A DNA stretch of 64,000 nt from Diplonema japonicum (taxonomy: Eukaryota; Protista; Euglenozoa: Diplonemea). The translations under genes were made by a program, and so were the position numbers. Below, piece after piece: positions 60,172 through 64,000 of this stretch. Within the stretch, counting starts at the first letter, position 1, and each line of letters opens with the position of its first letter. The stretch is from NCBI GenBank assembly GCA_964019335.1, contig OZ025664.1, positions 248,001-312,000 on the forward strand. The letters run 5' to 3'. The notes under the pieces are model-generated. The model was not told where the DNA came from. It saw nothing but the letters and a program-made list of their open reading frames with translations, and did not search any database.

Positions 60172-61546
60172 ATGGAAACAGAACTCCAGAAGAGAAACGA
60201 TGAGATGAATGAGCAGAAGAAGAAATCGCTGGAGCAAAAACAAGAAGGCAACAAATTGTTCGGCATGGGACAGGTATGCAAAAAAAAAAAAAAAAAAAAA
60301 AAAAACCACACCACAGTACACCAAAGCAGCTGAACACTACAGCAAAGCAATAGGGCTCAACCCGTCGGACTGCGCGCTGTACTCAAACCGCTCAGCATGC
60401 TACACCCATTTGAAGATGTACGAGCAGGCAGTCAACGATGCAAAGCTAGTCACACGACTAGACTCATCTTTTGTAAAAGGATGGGGACGTCTAGGGACCG
60501 CCCTTATGGCGCAGGGCATGTTCGAAGAAGCCGTACCTGCATTCCTGCAAGGATTCAAACTGGACCCGAAACAGACCGAATACCAACGGCAAGCTGCAGC
60601 ATGCCAAGATAAATGCAAAAAAGGTCTGGGCATCGCTGGCGAGGACACACGCAAGTCCTTTTACACCGAAAAGCATCGAAAACAAGGTTTAGAAGAGTTC
60701 AAAAAGGGAAACTTTGTATCTGCCGTGAGATACTTTACACAAGCGATCGACCTCGATATCACAAATCACGTTCTTATATCAAACCGAAGCGCTGCTCTGT
60801 GCAAGCAAGCCGCACATGCCACAACATCTTTGTCTGCAGCTCCAAACTTATACCGCCAAGCCCTTGCTGACGCAGACAGATGCATTTCCCTCGCGCCCGA
60901 GTGGGGCAAAGGTTACGCCCGTAAAGGCGCTGCTCTCTTCGGCCTCACCAACTACAAAGAAAGCAGGAATTTTTACAAACTCGGGTTGGAACGGGAACCT
61001 TCGAACAAACACTGCGCTGATGGCCTCAAGGAGGTCGAATTGGTCATTTCCAACATAGCAGAGGAAAAGGAAGAATGGCTCGACAAAAAAGAAGAAAACA
61101 AAAAACAAGACAAAGAAGCAGAACAGCACCCCGACATGTGTGTCATCCCTGACAAGAAGCTCCCATCGGTCTTCTGTTACAAGTGCGGGAAAGAAGGGCA
61201 CTTCCCTTCAAACTGCAGAGAGAAAATTATACAAGGGATCAAAGGAGGGGGCTACGCCCATGGATACCAAACCTGCCACTACTGTGGGGAAATGGGACAC
61301 TCCAAGAGCAACTGTCCGGAGAGATTGAGAAAGATGGGCGCTACAAAAGCGAGAGTGACAACTATAGGAACCGATGAAGGGAACCCAAACGACAATCTCC
61401 CCGACACCTATTGCCACACCTGTGGCAGCCACAGCCACCTCACCCAACATTGCAACCATACTGGACTGTCGCGCTCTGAGTCCAAGCAGAGTCGGAAATG
61501 GCAGGATTCTTATGATTACGATCCGAACAAGCGACAGAAAAACTAG
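60172..61546 (+). CDS. STI1-like double TPR protein with three CCHC zinc knuckles; intron 60274-60316
   Basis: Two TPR clamps (KQEGN..YSNRSAC; ISNRSAA..KGYARKG), then CYKCGKEGHFPSNC, CHYCGEMGHSKSNC and CHTCGSHSHLTQHC. Confidence 0.85.
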
Positions 61547-61754
61547 GTTTTCTTTTTTGTTTTTGTTTTATCTTTGTGGGTTTTTTTTAGTTTCAGCCCC
61601 TCCTTTTTTTTTTTTTTTGCTTTTACGAAGTCGCAGCTAGCAATGTTTTTTTTTTTTATATTCTCATTTCTTTTTTTTTTTTCCAGCCTTCCGCGTCCCG
61701 TCGAGGCTCACAAAATCCCCGCACCAGGATTATCCGTTTAAAAAAAAAAAAAAA

Positions 61755-64000
61755 ATGAAAACCGCTCTCATACTGAGCGCACTCGCAGCAGGAGTGCTTG
61801 GGGGTGCCGACTTCAAATCGATTGACTGTCCCAACAAGGGAAGCTGCAGCTACAGGAACGACCGTGCTGTGGACGAGGTGGTGTCGCTGTTCTTCCAGGT
61901 GGAGCTTACCTCCGGGGAGTCCGAGGGGGGCTTCACTTGCAGCAACGGGAACATGGTGTACTGCAACAGGAAGTGGTCTTCAAGCGACTCCGGTAGCGCT
62001 GGTGACTGCTTCTTCGTGCTGCCTGCCGGCGCAAGCTTCGACTGCACTGTGCAGGGGACTGTGAACTTCATCGGTGCGCACGCCGCGCAGATGTCTGCCT
62101 CGTTGGTCTCAAAGACGGCGACTGACGTGCCCTGCGCTGGCGCTTCCTGCTCGTACACAAACTCTAAGAACTCTGACATGTGGGTTGCCCAGTCCTTCGA
62201 GGCATCGGGCTCTGGTACCAACAGCATGTCCTGCAGCTACAACAACGTCGAAGTGTGCGCCTACTCAGTGGGCTCCCTTGGCGGCTACTCTTGCAACTAC
62301 TTCCTCCCCGCAGGGGCCACCGTGAACTGCAAGGTCGACCAGGGGTCTTTCCGCATGCTCTCCTCTGCTGGTGCCTCTACGATGAGGAGTTACCTGCCTG
62401 CGTCAGCCCAGACTGACACGCACTTCTCGTGCCCCAACATGACCGGCACGCAGCCCAACCTGTGCGACTGCTCGTACACGAACCCCCATGCTGACAAGGA
62501 CCTCGTGGTGACGGTGGCCTCGTCCAGCGTCGACAACAACTACAACTCGTTCCACTGCTACTTCGGTGGTGCCAACGTGTGCGCTTGGGGGTCGAACACC
62601 AACAACCAGGGCAACGGTGGTGGCTGCTACTTCATCCTTCCCGCAGGACAGCAGCTGCAATGCCAGATGGAGTGGGGTGCCGCTGCCTTCTCCGTGAGCA
62701 CCGCCGTGACCACCAACGGGACTTTGTTCTCTTCCAACGCGAAGGTTGCCAAGAGGGCCGCACCCATCGAGGAGCCTGTCGACATGACCATGTCGCTGGA
62801 GAAGCAGCAGTCCGTCTTCACCTCGTGGAAGAGGCAGCACAACAAGGTCTACGCGTCCAAGGCTGAGGAGGAGGTGAAATTCCAGAACTTCAGGAAGCAC
62901 TTGAGCATCTTCCACAAGAGGGGCAACAGCCTGGACAAGACCCTCCCCAACAGCCTCGCTGACTGGTCGAAGGCTGAGTTCGAGACCTACCTGAGGGACT
63001 GCTCGAAGGGGATGGAGGGTGTGGAGATGCCGACCACACCTGCAGAGTACGTCATCACCGAGAAGGACATCAAGGACGCACCCGTGTCTGTGGACTGGAG
63101 GACGAAGGGTGTCGTGACCCCCGTGAAGAACCAGGGCCAGTGCGGGAGCTGCTGGAGCTTTTCTGCAACTGGTGCGATGGAGAGCGCGTGGGCTATCGCT
63201 GGGAACTCGTTGACCTCGCTGTCTGAGCAGGAGCTCGTGAGCTGCGACAACCGCGACGGGAACGAGGGCTGCGGAGGCGGGTGGCCGTACCTCGCTATGG
63301 AGTACGTGAAGCAGAACGGGGACGCGACAGAGGCCTCGTACCCGTACGTGTCTGGAAACGGGAACGCACCTGCCTGCAGCAGCGGCCACACGATGGCAGA
63401 CGTCAAGGTGACCGGCTACATGAACGTGAACAAGACAGAAGAGGCCATGGCTGCCGCCGTCGCCAAGTACGGTCCCGTGTCGATTGCATTGGATGCCATG
63501 ACGCAGCTGTGGTGGCCGTACACTGGCGGGATCATGACGGGGTGCTGCAACCACCAGCCTGACCACGCGGTGCTCATCGTTGGTTACGGCGAGGACCAGG
63601 GAACCAAGTACTGGCTCATCAAGAACTCGTGGGGTGCGTCGTGGGGTGAGAACGGGTACGTCAGGCTGGAGAGGGGAACCAACCAGTGCGGGATCACATC
63701 GTCCCCAGTGCTTCCTGTGGTGCAGGGCAGCGGGCCTGGGCCCACTCCCCCTTCGCCCCCCACTCCGCCCAGCCCCCCGTCCCCGCCTACCCCCCCTACC
63801 CCGTCTGGCAGCTGCCCGTCGGAGTGCGTTGCGTCGTCCAGCAACGGGATGAACACCTGCACGTGGAAGAACAACACCAACAGTGTCATCATCCCGCCTT
63901 CGTCTACTGTGCTGCCCGATTGCTCGTACTTCGCGAAGTACGGTTCCTTCAGCTACATCTGGAACGGCACCGTGGCCAACCCTGCGAGCTACCCCTGCCC
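61755..64000 (+). CDS. Secreted papain-family (C1A) cysteine protease with an N-terminal triple repeat, I29 prodomain and Pro-linker C-terminal extension (3' partial; absent from the ORF track)
   Basis: Signal peptide MKTALILSALAAG; SVDWRTKGVVTPVKNQGQCGSCWSF, DHAVLIVGYG and WLIKNSWG motifs; frame open to the window end. Confidence 0.93.
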   Translation, partial: MKTALILSALAAGVLGGADFKSIDCPNKGSCSYRNDRAVDEVVSLFFQVELTSGESEGGFTCSNGNMVYCNRKWSSSDSGSAGDCFFVLPAGASFDCTVQGTVNFIGAHAAQMSASLVSKTATDVPCAGASCSYTNSKNSDMWVAQSFEASGSGTNSMSCSYNNVEVCAYSVGSLGGYSCNYFLPAGATVNCKVDQGSFRMLSSAGASTMRSYLPASAQTDTHFSCPNMTGTQPNLCDCSYTNPHADKDLVVTVASSSVDNNYNSFHCYFGGANVCAWGSNTNNQGNGGGCYFILPAGQQLQCQMEWGAAAFSVSTAVTTNGTLFSSNAKVAKRAAPIEEPVDMTMSLEKQQSVFTSWKRQHNKVYASKAEEEVKFQNFRKHLSIFHKRGNSLDKTLPNSLADWSKAEFETYLRDCSKGMEGVEMPTTPAEYVITEKDIKDAPVSVDWRTKGVVTPVKNQGQCGSCWSFSATGAMESAWAIAGNSLTSLSEQELVSCDNRDGNEGCGGGWPYLAMEYVKQNGDATEASYPYVSGNGNAPACSSGHTMADVKVTGYMNVNKTEEAMAAAVAKYGPVSIALDAMTQLWWPYTGGIMTGCCNHQPDHAVLIVGYGEDQGTKYWLIKNSWGASWGENGYVRLERGTNQCGITSSPVLPVVQGSGPGPTPPSPPTPPSPPSPPTPPTPSGSCPSECVASSSNGMNTCTWKNNTNSVIIPPSSTVLPDCSYFAKYGSFSYIWNGTVANPASYPC

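Noticed and set aside
62403-63566. 387-aa minus-strand ORF (also 34579-35301 and 1539-2243)
   Set aside because: Antisense shadows of GC3-rich + strand genes

Overview
This is eukaryotic protist genomic DNA, most likely a euglenozoan and probably a diplonemid (inference). About 25 host protein genes lie head-to-tail, all on the + strand. They contain very short GT-AG introns (34-75 nt) that usually have poly(A) tracts where a polypyrimidine tract would be expected, and the intergenic spacers are dominated by homopolymers. Genes include a TTC12-like TPR/ARM protein, a cNMP-binding K+ channel, UNG, ODA-DC1/CCDC151-like protein, cytochrome P450, SCOT, a mitochondrial carrier, a myosin, MMAB fused to a Cys-rich motif and a CTR copper transporter. 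Three have unusual architectures: an RNase III-less Dicer/RIG-I-type helicase with a His/Gln tail, a TPR + CCHC knuckle protein, and a papain-family protease with a triplicated N-terminal domain. Non-coding highlights are an 8-copy tandem box C/D snoRNA array (constant U34/snR62-type guide, variable second guide), a mixed C/D plus single-hairpin AGA snoRNA cluster, and many GC-rich hairpin islands. There is also a dispersed ~40-nt hairpin whose loop is complementary to the local 5' splice-site consensus, and a duplicated ~310-nt structured element. At least six non-autonomous DNA transposon-type elements are present: two piggyBac, one Tc1/pogo-like, one Crypton-like, one foldback MITE and one GGG..CCC TIR element. 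All family assignments come from motif recognition by eye; no searches were run.
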